A DNA stretch of 64,000 bases. Source: an uncultured delta proteobacterium. GTDB taxonomy: Bacteria > Desulfobacterota > Desulfobacteria > Desulfobacterales > QNYZ01. The stretch covers positions 832,001-896,000 of the forward strand of contig CAWJQU010000005.1 of the NCBI GenBank assembly GCA_963845145.1, given 5' to 3'. Positions 1-9,829 of this stretch are shown piece by piece (the stretch's first letter is position 1; each line of letters begins with the position of its first letter). A model generated the notes under the pieces. The model was given only the letters and a program-made list of their open reading frames with translations. It searched no databases and was not told the origin of the DNA. Position numbers and translations under genes: made by a program.

Positions 1-2
1 CC

Positions 3-1598
3 CTGATCGGTGCCGACCGCCCGGATATTACCGGCCCCATGGTTCTGGTGGGGTCGCCGCTTTCTTACTGGGCCGGCGCCGAAAATAAAAACCCCATGCG
101 CTATCGCGGCGGGTTGTCCGGCGGTACCTGGACGGTATCTTTTTTAAGCGACCTGGGAAACGGCAAATTTGACGGGGCCAACCTGGTGTCGGGCTTCGAG
201 GATTTGAATCCGGCCAACACCTTCTGGAAAAAGTATTACCAGCTGTACAGTGGCATTGATAACTCAAGAGATCGATTTCTGGATTTCGAGCGTTGGTGGA
301 ACGGCTATTTTTACATGACCGGCGAAGAGATCCATTTCATCGTGAAAAATCTCTTTGTAGATAATTCGCTCGAAACCGGCAATTTGGTCATGGAAAACGG
401 CCGCAAGATCGATTTGAAGAAGATGGAGGACCCCATTGTGATCCTGGCGTCCCAGGGCGACAATATCACGCCGCCTCAACAGGCGCTAAACTGGATTGCC
501 AAGGCCTACGGATCCGTTGAAGAAATCAAGCGTAACGGACAGGTTATCGTTTACCGGGTGCATGAGGACATCGGTCATTTAGGGATTTTTGTCTCCGGCC
601 GGGTTGCGCGTAAAGAACATCGTAAAATCATTGAAACCATTGACCTGACGGAATTGCTTTCGCCGGGCCTTTACGAGTTGGTGCTTGAAGAAAAACAAAC
701 CCCGGCCGGGATTCAGGATTACAACGTTCGTTTCGAAGAAAGGACCGTCGATGAGATCTTATCGCTGGACGACGGACAGGCGGACGAGGCCGCTTTTCAA
801 GCTGTGGCGACCCTATCGGACATCAATGATGTCGCCTATCAACTGTTATTTCAGCCGACGGTTCGAGCCATGAGTTCCGAAAGATCGGCCCGGTTGTTTC
901 GGTTGATGCACCCGTTGCGTATGTCCCGCTATATGGTGTCCGACAGCAATCCGCTTCTGGGGCCGATCAAAGCGGTTGCTCCGCTGGTGAAAGAGAGCCG
1001 GAAACCGGTGGGTGATGATAACCCCTTTAAATTTATAGAAGCCTGCGCTGCCGACGTCACGGCTGGGACTCTCGATCTATACCGCGATCTTCGTGACAGT
1101 GCCTCCGAGCTGACCTTCCGGCTGATCTACAATCATCCAATGATGCGACCGTTTTTTAAAGCGAGGCCTGCGCCTCAAAATCCGGCCGGCGATGCGGATT
1201 CGAAGCCCATCCGGCCGGCCTCAGAAAATAATCGGCCTCAGTTCGCGGCCATGACCGCAGGTGGGTTTGCCAATGCCGTTATTCGCATGATGGTCCTGAT
1301 TGCCGGAGCCGACCGGGTATTCCACCAAGCGGAATTGGATGCCTATCTAAAAGTGTTAAAAACCAACCGGCGGCTGCGCTGGATCAATCCGGACCGTTTA
1401 AGAGAAATGATTTTAAAACAGAGTGGGCTGATTGACATGGATACCGACCGTGCGATTCAAACACTATCCCATTTATTGCCCGACGACAAAGATCGCAAAG
1501 ATGCCATTCGCATCGCTGAGAAAATTACAGGTGCCGATCATTCGATCAGCCATGAAGAGAAGCTGAGGCTGCAAAAGATAAAATCCTCACTGGTGTAA
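3..1598 (+). CDS. DUF3141 family alpha/beta-hydrolase (PHA synthase/depolymerase-like) with C-terminal TerB-like region; 5' end lies outside the window
   Basis: Frame is open from base 3 (LIGADRPDITGPMVLVGSPLSYWAG); family-type motifs NLVSGFEDLNPANTFW, FLDFERWW, ASQGDNITPPQQAL, GHLGIFVSG. Confidence 0.8.
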   Translation: MIGADRPDITGPMVLVGSPLSYWAGAENKNPMRYRGGLSGGTWTVSFLSDLGNGKFDGANLVSGFEDLNPANTFWKKYYQLYSGIDNSRDRFLDFERWWNGYFYMTGEEIHFIVKNLFVDNSLETGNLVMENGRKIDLKKMEDPIVILASQGDNITPPQQALNWIAKAYGSVEEIKRNGQVIVYRVHEDIGHLGIFVSGRVARKEHRKIIETIDLTELLSPGLYELVLEEKQTPAGIQDYNVRFEERTVDEILSLDDGQADEAAFQAVATLSDINDVAYQLLFQPTVRAMSSERSARLFRLMHPLRMSRYMVSDSNPLLGPIKAVAPLVKESRKPVGDDNPFKFIEACAADVTAGTLDLYRDLRDSASELTFRLIYNHPMMRPFFKARPAPQNPAGDADSKPIRPASENNRPQFAAMTAGGFANAVIRMMVLIAGADRVFHQAELDAYLKVLKTNRRLRWINPDRLREMILKQSGLIDMDTDRAIQTLSHLLPDDKDRKDAIRIAEKITGADHSISHEEKLRLQKIKSSLV

Positions 1599-1645
1599 TC
1601 GGATATCCCAACGGACGATATCTCAACGGGCAATGGTGAACGACA

Positions 1646-2437
1646 TTATTTTTCGTCGATTTGCCGGCTTTTATCTGTCGACACGATAAACTGCATGACT
1701 TCCCGCCACCACGATTCTTCCGGATTCGTGGGCCAATTGTTGTGACCCGCATGTTCAAATCGCCACAAACGTTTGGGTGATTTTACCTGGTCGTACAAGC
1801 GAAGGGAGCGTTGGTTGGGAATAATCTCATCCAGGGCCGCGATGACAACGGCAATCGGTTTGTGAAATGATTGCAGGTTCTTGATATTGTCGAACCGATC
1901 TTTGAGAAATAGGCGAACCGGTAAATACCAGTAAATCGATTGTGCCAGATCCGGCAAGGAGTCCCAGGGGGTGATCAATATAATCCCTTCCATCGGCACC
2001 GGAGGATCAGCGGCGACGGCTGCCGCAACGCCGCACCCCAGGGATTCACCCAACAGGTAAATGGGGCCGCCAAAAGCCTCATGGGCCAGCCGGATCGATT
2101 GATGGGCATCCTTGATAAAAAGCGCTTCCGAGGGCTTTCCGGTTCGACCACCATAACCGGGATACTCAGCCAAAACCACACGGTATCCCAGGGGCGTCAA
2201 GGCCGCCACATAGTAATTGCGATGCCAGGCAGCACCTGCGTTCCCGTGAAAGACAATGATTGTCCCTTTGGATATGCCCGGCGATATATTTGGTGGGACA
2301 GCGCCAACAAATCCGCGATAGCCGTCACCCGAATTGGGCCAGTGTTTGAGGCCCATATCAAGGACCTCGTCGACGGTTGGTTTTCCCTGATCCGGAAAAT
2401 AGATCATCTTCCGCTGCAGGATAAAAACGAGCACCAT
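1646..2437 (-). CDS. Alpha/beta hydrolase (ABHD13/BEM46-like), membrane anchored; true start probably near 2486 via a 1-nt frameshift
   Basis: FHGNAG, EYPGYG, nucleophile GESLG, DEIIP, AGHN; hydrophobic in-frame extension IGFFIALGYAIF upstream of the annotated Met, with an ATG at 2486 one base out of frame. Confidence 0.85.
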   Translation of the reverse strand: MVLVFILQRKMIYFPDQGKPTVDEVLDMGLKHWPNSGDGYRGFVGAVPPNISPGISKGTIIVFHGNAGAAWHRNYYVAALTPLGYRVVLAEYPGYGGRTGKPSEALFIKDAHQSIRLAHEAFGGPIYLLGESLGCGVAAAVAADPPVPMEGIILITPWDSLPDLAQSIYWYLPVRLFLKDRFDNIKNLQSFHKPIAVVIAALDEIIPNQRSLRLYDQVKSPKRLWRFEHAGHNNWPTNPEESWWREVMQFIVSTDKSRQIDEK

Positions 2438-2544
2438 AAAAATCGCATAACCAAGGGCAATGAAAAAACCGATTCGTAGATATCATCTGCTTATTTAATC
2501 CGGTATCAGGGGAATCTTTGCCCTGTAAAAATTGGGCATCGTTC

Positions 2545-3408
2545 TTAATTGGCCTTTTTGAGCCGATTTAGCGTGGCTTGCCGGGCCTTTTCGACATCTT
2601 TATTCAAGACAGACGCTTTGCGTGTGGTCCAGTAAAGGGCTTCTTCTTCATCCTTGGTAAAAACCCCGCACCACATCAAACCGGACATTGCGCCGGGAGA
2701 AACCGGGTTGGCCTGGAGCGCCCGCAGAAAGGCCGCTTTGGCACGGGCATAGTCATTGTTGCGATAATAAGCCCATCCCATAAGATTTTGGGCCATAAAA
2801 GATTGGGGTGAAGACTTCACGGCAGCTTCAAACAGGGAAAGGTCTATCGGGCCACTTTCAGAATGACCGTAGGCCGAATAGATGTAGAATTGTTCCAGGG
2901 CACGGCCCAATGTATCGGCACTGGTGGGTGTCAACTTTTCAGGCCAGAGTGCCGACCTTCGGCTTACTTGAGCATACGGCAGCCCGCAATCGTCGAGCCA
3001 TTGAATAAACGTATTCCTAAATCCGATGAGGTCATCGTCAAAGGAAAAAGAGAGGGTCGTCGATACGGCGGGTTTGCTTTCTTTGCCATCGTACAAAAAG
3101 AGGGTCGTCTCCTTTTCGTGTACTTGACCATACAAACAGAAACGAATGTCCTGTTCCTCGCTCAACCGTAGAAAATTGAGATATTTATTTTGTCCGCGGT
3201 TATACTTTTTGAAATTGGTATCTTCGGCGAACAGCTTTTTTACGCGCCAACCGAACCAGAACTCCTTTAAATAGGTATTGACCACAATGGTATTGCCTAA
3301 AAGAAAATGTAGCGACAAGCCTACGCCATTAAAATCATTGTGGGATCGGGGTTGAAAAGGCAGGACGATAAAACGGTCTTTACCTGTCGTGTTTTCTAAT
3401 TTGTTCAT
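2545..3408 (-). CDS. Hypothetical protein with C-terminal tetratricopeptide repeats
   Basis: 287-aa ORF; TPR-like AQNLMGWAYYRNNDYARAKAAFLRALQANP. Confidence 0.7.
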   Translation of the reverse strand: MNKLENTTGKDRFIVLPFQPRSHNDFNGVGLSLHFLLGNTIVVNTYLKEFWFGWRVKKLFAEDTNFKKYNRGQNKYLNFLRLSEEQDIRFCLYGQVHEKETTLFLYDGKESKPAVSTTLSFSFDDDLIGFRNTFIQWLDDCGLPYAQVSRRSALWPEKLTPTSADTLGRALEQFYIYSAYGHSESGPIDLSLFEAAVKSSPQSFMAQNLMGWAYYRNNDYARAKAAFLRALQANPVSPGAMSGLMWCGVFTKDEEEALYWTTRKASVLNKDVEKARQATLNRLKKAN

Positions 3409-3462
3409 CGATGGCTTCCTTTTATCAAGTGTTTCTATCCCTTGAGGAAGAAAGAGTAATAT

Positions 3463-3780
3463 TCAAGCCAGCATGTCGTCCACTTCTGTATCGAGATTGC
3501 GAATCTCGGCCACCAACGTATCCGCGCCTTTCTTCCGGGATTTGCGCAATTTTTCTCCCCAATGTTGAAGCGTCGGTGTATCGATACGGCGCACACTGCG
3601 ATCTTTGGCCCACTCTTTTCCGATTTTTTCGCCAAGCCCGTCGAGCAGCGCGTCGACTTTTTTCTTTTGCGGGGTGGGTACCGTTTCAAGTATCTCTTTT
3701 TTTCTTGACTGCCACCCACGGATGAGAAACGTTCCCTCCTGAAATTTTCGATACCATTCCTTTTCGTGTCTTGTCGCCAT
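3463..3780 (-). CDS. Small helical hypothetical protein
   Basis: 105-aa ORF with AGGGGG RBS, co-oriented in the MoxR/VWA block. Confidence 0.65.
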   Translation of the reverse strand: MATRHEKEWYRKFQEGTFLIRGWQSRKKEILETVPTPQKKKVDALLDGLGEKIGKEWAKDRSVRRIDTPTLQHWGEKLRKSRKKGADTLVAEIRNLDTEVDDMLA

Positions 3781-3805
3781 GGCGCTTACCCCCTTGATTC
3801 GAATA

Positions 3806-4996
3806 CTATTTAGCCATCATATGCCCCACCGCTTTTTCCAAACCATCGATAGATAGTTCGAACATGGGAAAAATTTGCCTGATGGTTCCGATGGAATGGG
3901 TATAATCCCACATTCTTTCAGGGACCGGGTTTAACCAGGCACAGTGGGGAAAGGTATCGGCTATGAACTGTAGGCGCTCTATACTGGGCAGGCCGGAGCG
4001 CTCTTCCAGATGAATCGAGCCGTCGGTCGCCATCAATTCATAGGGCGCCATACTGGCGTCGCCCACGATGAACATGCGTGTTTCGGGATCGTTGCGGCTA
4101 AAATCAGCCACTTTTTTGGGTTTTTTAAACCGGGCCGTGTCTTCCCAGAGCGCATCGTAGATCGTGTTGTGGAAAAAATAGGTTTTAATCTCCTTGAACT
4201 GGGCGCGGGCATAATCGAAAAGGGTTTGGACAATCTGAATATAGGGTTCCATGGACCAGCCGCCGTTATCGATGGCCAAAATAATATTCAAGCGGTCCTT
4301 CAGGCTACGGTCAAAAACAATCTCGATCTCCCCGGCATTTTTCATGGTTTGATAAATGGTTTCATCAATGTTGACCTGATCCTTGGGGCCGGAAGGAATC
4401 ATGTTGCGAAGACGTTTGAGCGCTTCCCCCACCATGGGCCGGGTAAGCGGGCCGGAAAGGGAGTAGTCTTTGTAGCGCCGATCCATCGCTACCTTTACAG
4501 CTGACTTGTTGCCCGATACGCCGCCCACACGCATACCACCGGGGTGAAACCCGGAATGGCCCACAGGTGAGGTGCCGCCGGTACCGATCCATTTACGACC
4601 GCCGTGATGTTCGCCGGTCTGCTCTTTGAGTCGTTCTTTGAAATACTCGATCAACTCATCAGGCGATAGCTTGTTGAGTTCCGATTCGTCGATGCCGAGG
4701 GCATCGGCCAGCATTTTCGGATTTTTAAGCCATGATTCCAGCATGGCCCGAGCCATTTCGTCCAGTGCCATTCCGTCCAAATCGGGCATCTCGGCCCCTT
4801 CAAAATAGTGGGCGAAGACCTGATCGAAAAGGTCGAAATAGCGCTCGCTTTTGATCAGTATCGATCGGGAGGCGGTATAAAAATCATTCAAGGAAACAAT
4901 CAAGCCCTGTTTTAAAGCCTTATGCAGGGTGAGAAAGGCGGTAGGGGAAACGGGAATCCCGACTTCCTTGAGCTTGTAGAAAAAATCGATAAACAT
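3806..4996 (-). CDS. VWA domain protein, CoxE-like partner of MoxR ATPase
   Basis: WIGTGGTSPVGHSG, DNGGWSM MIDAS-like motif, FFHNTIY, VGDASMAPYEL, WLNP. Confidence 0.88.
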   Translation of the reverse strand: MFIDFFYKLKEVGIPVSPTAFLTLHKALKQGLIVSLNDFYTASRSILIKSERYFDLFDQVFAHYFEGAEMPDLDGMALDEMARAMLESWLKNPKMLADALGIDESELNKLSPDELIEYFKERLKEQTGEHHGGRKWIGTGGTSPVGHSGFHPGGMRVGGVSGNKSAVKVAMDRRYKDYSLSGPLTRPMVGEALKRLRNMIPSGPKDQVNIDETIYQTMKNAGEIEIVFDRSLKDRLNIILAIDNGGWSMEPYIQIVQTLFDYARAQFKEIKTYFFHNTIYDALWEDTARFKKPKKVADFSRNDPETRMFIVGDASMAPYELMATDGSIHLEERSGLPSIERLQFIADTFPHCAWLNPVPERMWDYTHSIGTIRQIFPMFELSIDGLEKAVGHMMAK

Positions 4997-5008
4997 AATG
5001 TGCCCAAT

Positions 5009-5863
5009 TTATATAATGCGTCTTCGATTTAGGGCTGCGGCAATTTTTTGGTAATCGTTGCTCTTTTTAAAAAGAACCCCCAGGTAGGGCACATCGCCCT
5101 TGGCCAGCTGTTTCGGTTTAAATTCCGGATCCAGGGTCAACGCACGAATCCAGTTGATCAGCTCCCTTGTGGCGGGACGTTTTTCAACCGCGTCCTGCTC
5201 CCTTAACCGGTAAAATGCACCCACCGCATTTTCCATCAACGCCGAGTCTATGTCCGGAAAATGCACTTTAATGATCCGACGCATCATTTTGGGGTCCGGA
5301 AAGGCGATATGATGAAAGTTGCACCGGCCCAAAAAGGGATCGGAAAGATCTTTCTTGGCATTGGAAGTGATGATAATCACCGGCCGATGACGGGTTTGAA
5401 TCGTTTTATCGGTCTCAATGATATCAAACGCCATCTGATCGAGGACATCCAGCATGTCGTCCTGAAAATCGGTATCCGCCTTGTCGATTTCATCAATCAA
5501 AAGCACGGTTCGCTTATCGGCCGTAAAGGCCTGGCCGATTTTGCCCATTTTAATATATGCTTCAATATCGCTGACATCCCTTTGGGAATCACCGAAACGG
5601 CTATCATTTAACCGGGTCAATGTATCGTACTGGTAGAGCGCCTCCACGAGTTTCATGCTTGATTTAACATTGAGTACGATCAGCGGCATCTCCAAAGCTG
5701 TGGCAATGGCATGGGCCAGCATGGTCTTGCCGGTACCGGGTTCGCCTTTGAGCAATAGGGGCATCTCAAGCGCCATGGAAATATTGACGATGGCGGCCAG
5801 TTCTTGGTCCAAAACATATTTATGGTCACCGGTAAACGGTATTATTTTATTGGATTCCGTCAT
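5009..5863 (-). CDS. MoxR family AAA+ ATPase (CoxD-like)
   Basis: Walker A GEPGTGKT, Walker B LLIDEIDKAD, IITSN, adjacent VWA gene. Confidence 0.9.
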   Translation of the reverse strand: MTESNKIIPFTGDHKYVLDQELAAIVNISMALEMPLLLKGEPGTGKTMLAHAIATALEMPLIVLNVKSSMKLVEALYQYDTLTRLNDSRFGDSQRDVSDIEAYIKMGKIGQAFTADKRTVLLIDEIDKADTDFQDDMLDVLDQMAFDIIETDKTIQTRHRPVIIITSNAKKDLSDPFLGRCNFHHIAFPDPKMMRRIIKVHFPDIDSALMENAVGAFYRLREQDAVEKRPATRELINWIRALTLDPEFKPKQLAKGDVPYLGVLFKKSNDYQKIAAALNRRRII

Positions 5864-5882
5864 AAATTGTCCTGTCTTATTT

Positions 5883-5917
5883 ATTAGATAAAGATTAGAT
5901 AAAAATGATTAGATAAA
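5883..5917. repeat. Three direct copies of ATTAGATAAA
   Basis: Copies at 5883, 5894 and 5908, just upstream of the MoxR gene. Confidence 0.7.
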
Positions 5918-5942
5918 ATGGGTTCCTTTTGGTGCTTTTGTT

Positions 5943-7064
5943 TTAAATCGGTTCACTGCGCAATCGGGCTGATAAATTCTTCGTCATTCTAAGCACTTTT
6001 TCCGCGTGTTCAACGGAAAGGGACCCAATCCCGCAACTGGGGGTAATCATGGATTGATCAATCAGAATGTTTCTTTCAATTCCCAGTGCCATCATTTGCC
6101 GGGCATATATGCGCCAGCGATTTGACAAAGCTTCAGAGGTCTCCTTCTCGATGTAAGCCGGGTCTCCTGTTGGGACAATCCCCCAGGCCAAGACACCACC
6201 GCCATCGATAAAAGATTTGATCTCATCAGGAAAGAGAATGAACCGATCAAAATACAGGTAGGCGTCGAAATTGACGATATCCACGCCTGAAGCCAGCACC
6301 AGCGACCAATCGGTATTGGCGCAGACATGTATCCCCGCCAGTCCACCGGCGGCATGGATGGCCGTAACCACCTCCGCCAGGCTGGCAATGGTTTCCTCCC
6401 TTGAAATACTGATCAACTCCGACGAGCCGAATCCGGCCAGGGCCGGTTCATCGATAAAGATGATCACCGGCCATGCCCCCCCGGCGAGTTTATGGACCTG
6501 CCAGTGGGCCTTTACAGCCAGTAACTTATTGGCAGCATCACGGGTCTGCTCATCGTAGAAGATCGGGCGCCCGTTTTCATCTTTAACGCCGGTGCCGAAA
6601 GTAATCGGTCCGGTGACCTGCCCTTTTACGGCTATCGGGGTTGTTGATGGCGATTTAAGATAATCAACCAGGGCGAAAAAACCACCGGCAATATCCGGTG
6701 TCAGAGATAGACCGAATTCCGCTGCATCGCCGTTGCCTTCCGTAATCGCCAGGTAAGCTTCATAAAATGATAACAGCTCCGCATCAAAAGACGGATCATT
6801 ACGAGCGATGAACATGCGATCTTTTTCAATGCGTAGTCCGGGCATACCGGGCAGAAACTGAGGGATCATCTGTTCGTTGGGATTCGTGGGAAGTTGCGCC
6901 CATATGGGTATGTCGGGCGTATGGGCAATGACCTGCGCCAGGGCTTCCGCATGATCCTTATACGGCAGGCTCCCGATCAACGAGGGTCGTAATTCCGGTT
7001 TGAATGGAGATACCATTGTATTTTTAACCGTTGTTGTTTCTTCAGATAACGTCGAATCAGCCAT
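5943..7064 (-). CDS. Core (single-domain) methionine synthase, MetE catalytic-domain family
   Basis: IGSLP, WAQLP, KGQVTGPIT, FIDEP, Zn ligands GIHVCANTDW and ITPSCG; lacks the N-terminal folate-binding half of MetE. Confidence 0.78.
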   Translation of the reverse strand: MADSTLSEETTTVKNTMVSPFKPELRPSLIGSLPYKDHAEALAQVIAHTPDIPIWAQLPTNPNEQMIPQFLPGMPGLRIEKDRMFIARNDPSFDAELLSFYEAYLAITEGNGDAAEFGLSLTPDIAGGFFALVDYLKSPSTTPIAVKGQVTGPITFGTGVKDENGRPIFYDEQTRDAANKLLAVKAHWQVHKLAGGAWPVIIFIDEPALAGFGSSELISISREETIASLAEVVTAIHAAGGLAGIHVCANTDWSLVLASGVDIVNFDAYLYFDRFILFPDEIKSFIDGGGVLAWGIVPTGDPAYIEKETSEALSNRWRIYARQMMALGIERNILIDQSMITPSCGIGSLSVEHAEKVLRMTKNLSARLRSEPI

Positions 7065-7183
7065 GAACAATCGGTATTATATATCACGAATTCGATGTAT
7101 CCTCAAACGACCAAAAAACAAAGTCTTTCCTGAAAAATGATCAATTTACACCCATTTGCGACAAACAACGGTTAAGTTACAGG

Positions 7184-8338
7184 TCATCGAAAACCTATCA
7201 AACGATGGAACCGTGAGAGGCTTTGCGCTCGATTATCGGCCGATCGATAGAAAAAATAGCCGGCGATAAACAGTATCATGGCATTGGGAACCCACATGAC
7301 AATTGCAGCGGGGTAATCCCCCGTCTCGCAGTACACCTTTCCTGCAGACATGAGCACATAGTAAATAATGAGAAACAGGAGCCCCAGACCAATCCCGATG
7401 GACCCTTTGAGGCTTCGGGAAAAACTCCCCAATGGAACGGCTAATAAACCCAGGGCAATACATGAAAAAGCGATGGCCCATTTATTATGATATTTTGTAA
7501 GCAAAGAGTAGTAGTATGCGTTTTTAAGTTTCGCATGGTGAAAATAATTTTGGTAATCGGACAAGGTCATTTCGGTATGGTCTTTTTTCCCATCTATTTT
7601 TACCGAATCGAGGGGAGGCAACTCCAGTTTGAGATCATAAGAACCGAAACTAATGTCGTTCACGGATCGTTCTTTTAAATTTACCTGATTGATGGTGCCG
7701 TCAAGCAGTCGTAAAGAGTAAGTGGCATTTTCCGGTTTGGTAATCAAAAAGCCTCGCGGAGCAACAACGGTTATTATTAGATTATGGGTTCGGCGATCCT
7801 CAATAAACACATCCTCAAGCTCTTTTGTGTTTTTGTCTATTCGGGCCACATAGAGGGTGACATTCTTGAAATCGGTGTTAAAAATACGTTCCTTTAGGCC
7901 GATGCTCAGGCTGGATGACACGGCTCGGTATGTAAGTGCTTTCAAAGCCAATCTCCCCCAGGGCGTGCCATAGAAAGCCATCGCAAAGGTCAGGCCGGTT
8001 GTTATTAGACTAAAGCAGATAACGGGCACCAGTAGTGAATAAATAGCAACCCCACCGGCCCTTAAGGCGAGCACTTCATTATCGACGGACATGCGCAGGA
8101 AGGTAATCAGAATAGCCAGCATTGTGGAAATTGGGATAACAAAAACAAGAAAATAGGGGATTGTGTATAAAATGATACGTAAGACGTCCCCGACGCCGAC
8201 ATTGTAGTTGATGACCATGTCGGCAATTTTTAATATCTTCGCCATCAGGAATACAAAAACTAGAAATAAAATATTGAGAATAAAGGGAGAAAAAAATTCC
8301 TTGAAGATATAGCGATTAAGGATGGCGTTTATTTTCAT
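7184..8338 (-). CDS. lptF: LPS export ABC transporter permease LptF
   Basis: ILNRYIFKEF start, RMSVDNEVLALRAGGV, LEDVFIED, LLAVPLG, MWVPN; six-TM layout with central periplasmic domain. Confidence 0.85.
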   Translation of the reverse strand: MKINAILNRYIFKEFFSPFILNILFLVFVFLMAKILKIADMVINYNVGVGDVLRIILYTIPYFLVFVIPISTMLAILITFLRMSVDNEVLALRAGGVAIYSLLVPVICFSLITTGLTFAMAFYGTPWGRLALKALTYRAVSSSLSIGLKERIFNTDFKNVTLYVARIDKNTKELEDVFIEDRRTHNLIITVVAPRGFLITKPENATYSLRLLDGTINQVNLKERSVNDISFGSYDLKLELPPLDSVKIDGKKDHTEMTLSDYQNYFHHAKLKNAYYYSLLTKYHNKWAIAFSCIALGLLAVPLGSFSRSLKGSIGIGLGLLFLIIYYVLMSAGKVYCETGDYPAAIVMWVPNAMILFIAGYFFYRSADNRAQSLSRFHRLIGFR

Positions 8339-8407
8339 GTAGATTTAAGCGTTGCATAAAAATTGAGTTCAAAACACGATAGGGTATGTCATTACGGTGA
8401 GATTGAT

Positions 8408-9829
8408 CTATTCTTTAAGCTTGGCTTTGTTGCCCACACGCTGGGGGAGGGAAACCGTAAAGGTACTACCCTTTCCCAACTGACTGATCACCCGGATCGT
8501 ACCGCCGGAAGCTTCGACAATGGCTTTGACAAGACTTAACCCTAATCCAATGCCTTCTTCCGATCGACTTTCATCGCATCGGTAAAATCGATCGAATATT
8601 TTGGGCAGATCTTTTTCCGGGATACCAATACCGGTATCTTTAAATTGTATATCTATTATATCCCCACGAAATCCAGCCGAAATATCAATTGTACCGCCCG
8701 CCGGGGTGTATTTAATCGCATTTTCAAGTAAATTGGTCAGCACGCGTTGTAGTTTGTGCTTGTCTGTTTTTATGTCACAATTGTTCGGTATATCGGTAGT
8801 GATGGTAATTTTTTTTTCCGTAGCGATCTGATCAAATAATTGAACGGCTTCACTAATTAAACCGTTTAGCTCGATATTGTCGGGATTAAATTCGCTCAGT
8901 CCAACTTCGGATTCCGTTATATCCATCATGGTATTTACAATATTGATTAAACTGTCGCACTCTTCTAAAATACTGCCCGCTAGATCGTTGAGCTCCTGGG
9001 TGGATTGTTTGTTCATTATGATCATTTCCGCGACACCCCTGATTCGAGCCAGGGGACTTCGGAAATCATGGGCAATATTATTGTTCATTTCCTTCATACT
9101 TCTCAACATGGCCTGGAGCCGATCAACCATTTCATTGAAAACCCTTGCCAGGTTATCGATTTCCGTCGAACGATTTTTTACCCGAACCCGTTTGTCGAAT
9201 GATCCACCAGATATATCAATAGCTGTTTGAGTGACTTCCGCAACGCCCTGTAACGCTTTTTTTGCCAGAAACCATCCCACGCAACCGGAAAGGAAACATA
9301 ACGGAATGATTAAAAGCACAATGAGACGCTGAAATAGGGAAAGGTATTCTTCATTTTCTTCTAAAGACTGACCAATTTGGAGAATTGTAGACGGGAAGAC
9401 CACCGCGAATATGGACCTGAACTTGTGTTCTTGGTTTGCACTTTTAAGGGTGCGGAATATTGGCGCACCTTCCTTCTTTAGGCTTTTAAGAATGTTGTTT
9501 TGAAACTCTGATATATCAAAAGACCCCGCATTCCATGCGCCGAGAATTTCCCCTTCAAATGATATGAGTCGGAAAAAAATATCTTCTTCATCCTCGGATT
9601 CTACTTCCTCGGTAATTTCGGCGATAATTGCCTTAAGATCTTTTTCCGCCGATAATTCATCTATTTCCTCTAAAAGTTCCATATCCGTGCGTTCCATCGT
9701 AATCGTCGAAACCCGCAAGTAAAAGATGGATAACACCGCTATTGAAGAAGCAATAAAAAGTAGCGTATACATAAAAGTCAGCTTGAATGTCAGCCGATTT
9801 TTAAGAACACTAATTTTTTTTGAGAACAT
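8408..9829 (-). CDS. Sensor histidine kinase (HAMP, HisKA, HATPase; CusS/PmrB-like)
   Basis: Two TMs, HAMP, IAHDFRSPL H-box, NLLENAIKY, DTGIGI, FDRFYR, GLGLSLV; start MFSKK overlaps the regulator stop. Confidence 0.9.
   Translation of the reverse strand: MFSKKISVLKNRLTFKLTFMYTLLFIASSIAVLSIFYLRVSTITMERTDMELLEEIDELSAEKDLKAIIAEITEEVESEDEEDIFFRLISFEGEILGAWNAGSFDISEFQNNILKSLKKEGAPIFRTLKSANQEHKFRSIFAVVFPSTILQIGQSLEENEEYLSLFQRLIVLLIIPLCFLSGCVGWFLAKKALQGVAEVTQTAIDISGGSFDKRVRVKNRSTEIDNLARVFNEMVDRLQAMLRSMKEMNNNIAHDFRSPLARIRGVAEMIIMNKQSTQELNDLAGSILEECDSLINIVNTMMDITESEVGLSEFNPDNIELNGLISEAVQLFDQIATEKKITITTDIPNNCDIKTDKHKLQRVLTNLLENAIKYTPAGGTIDISAGFRGDIIDIQFKDTGIGIPEKDLPKIFDRFYRCDESRSEEGIGLGLSLVKAIVEASGGTIRVISQLGKGSTFTVSLPQRVGNKAKLKE

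Noticed and set aside
5883..5917. Short repeats as a CRISPR array (also 44122-44171)
   Set aside because: Units are 10-13 nt with no unique spacers and no cas genes
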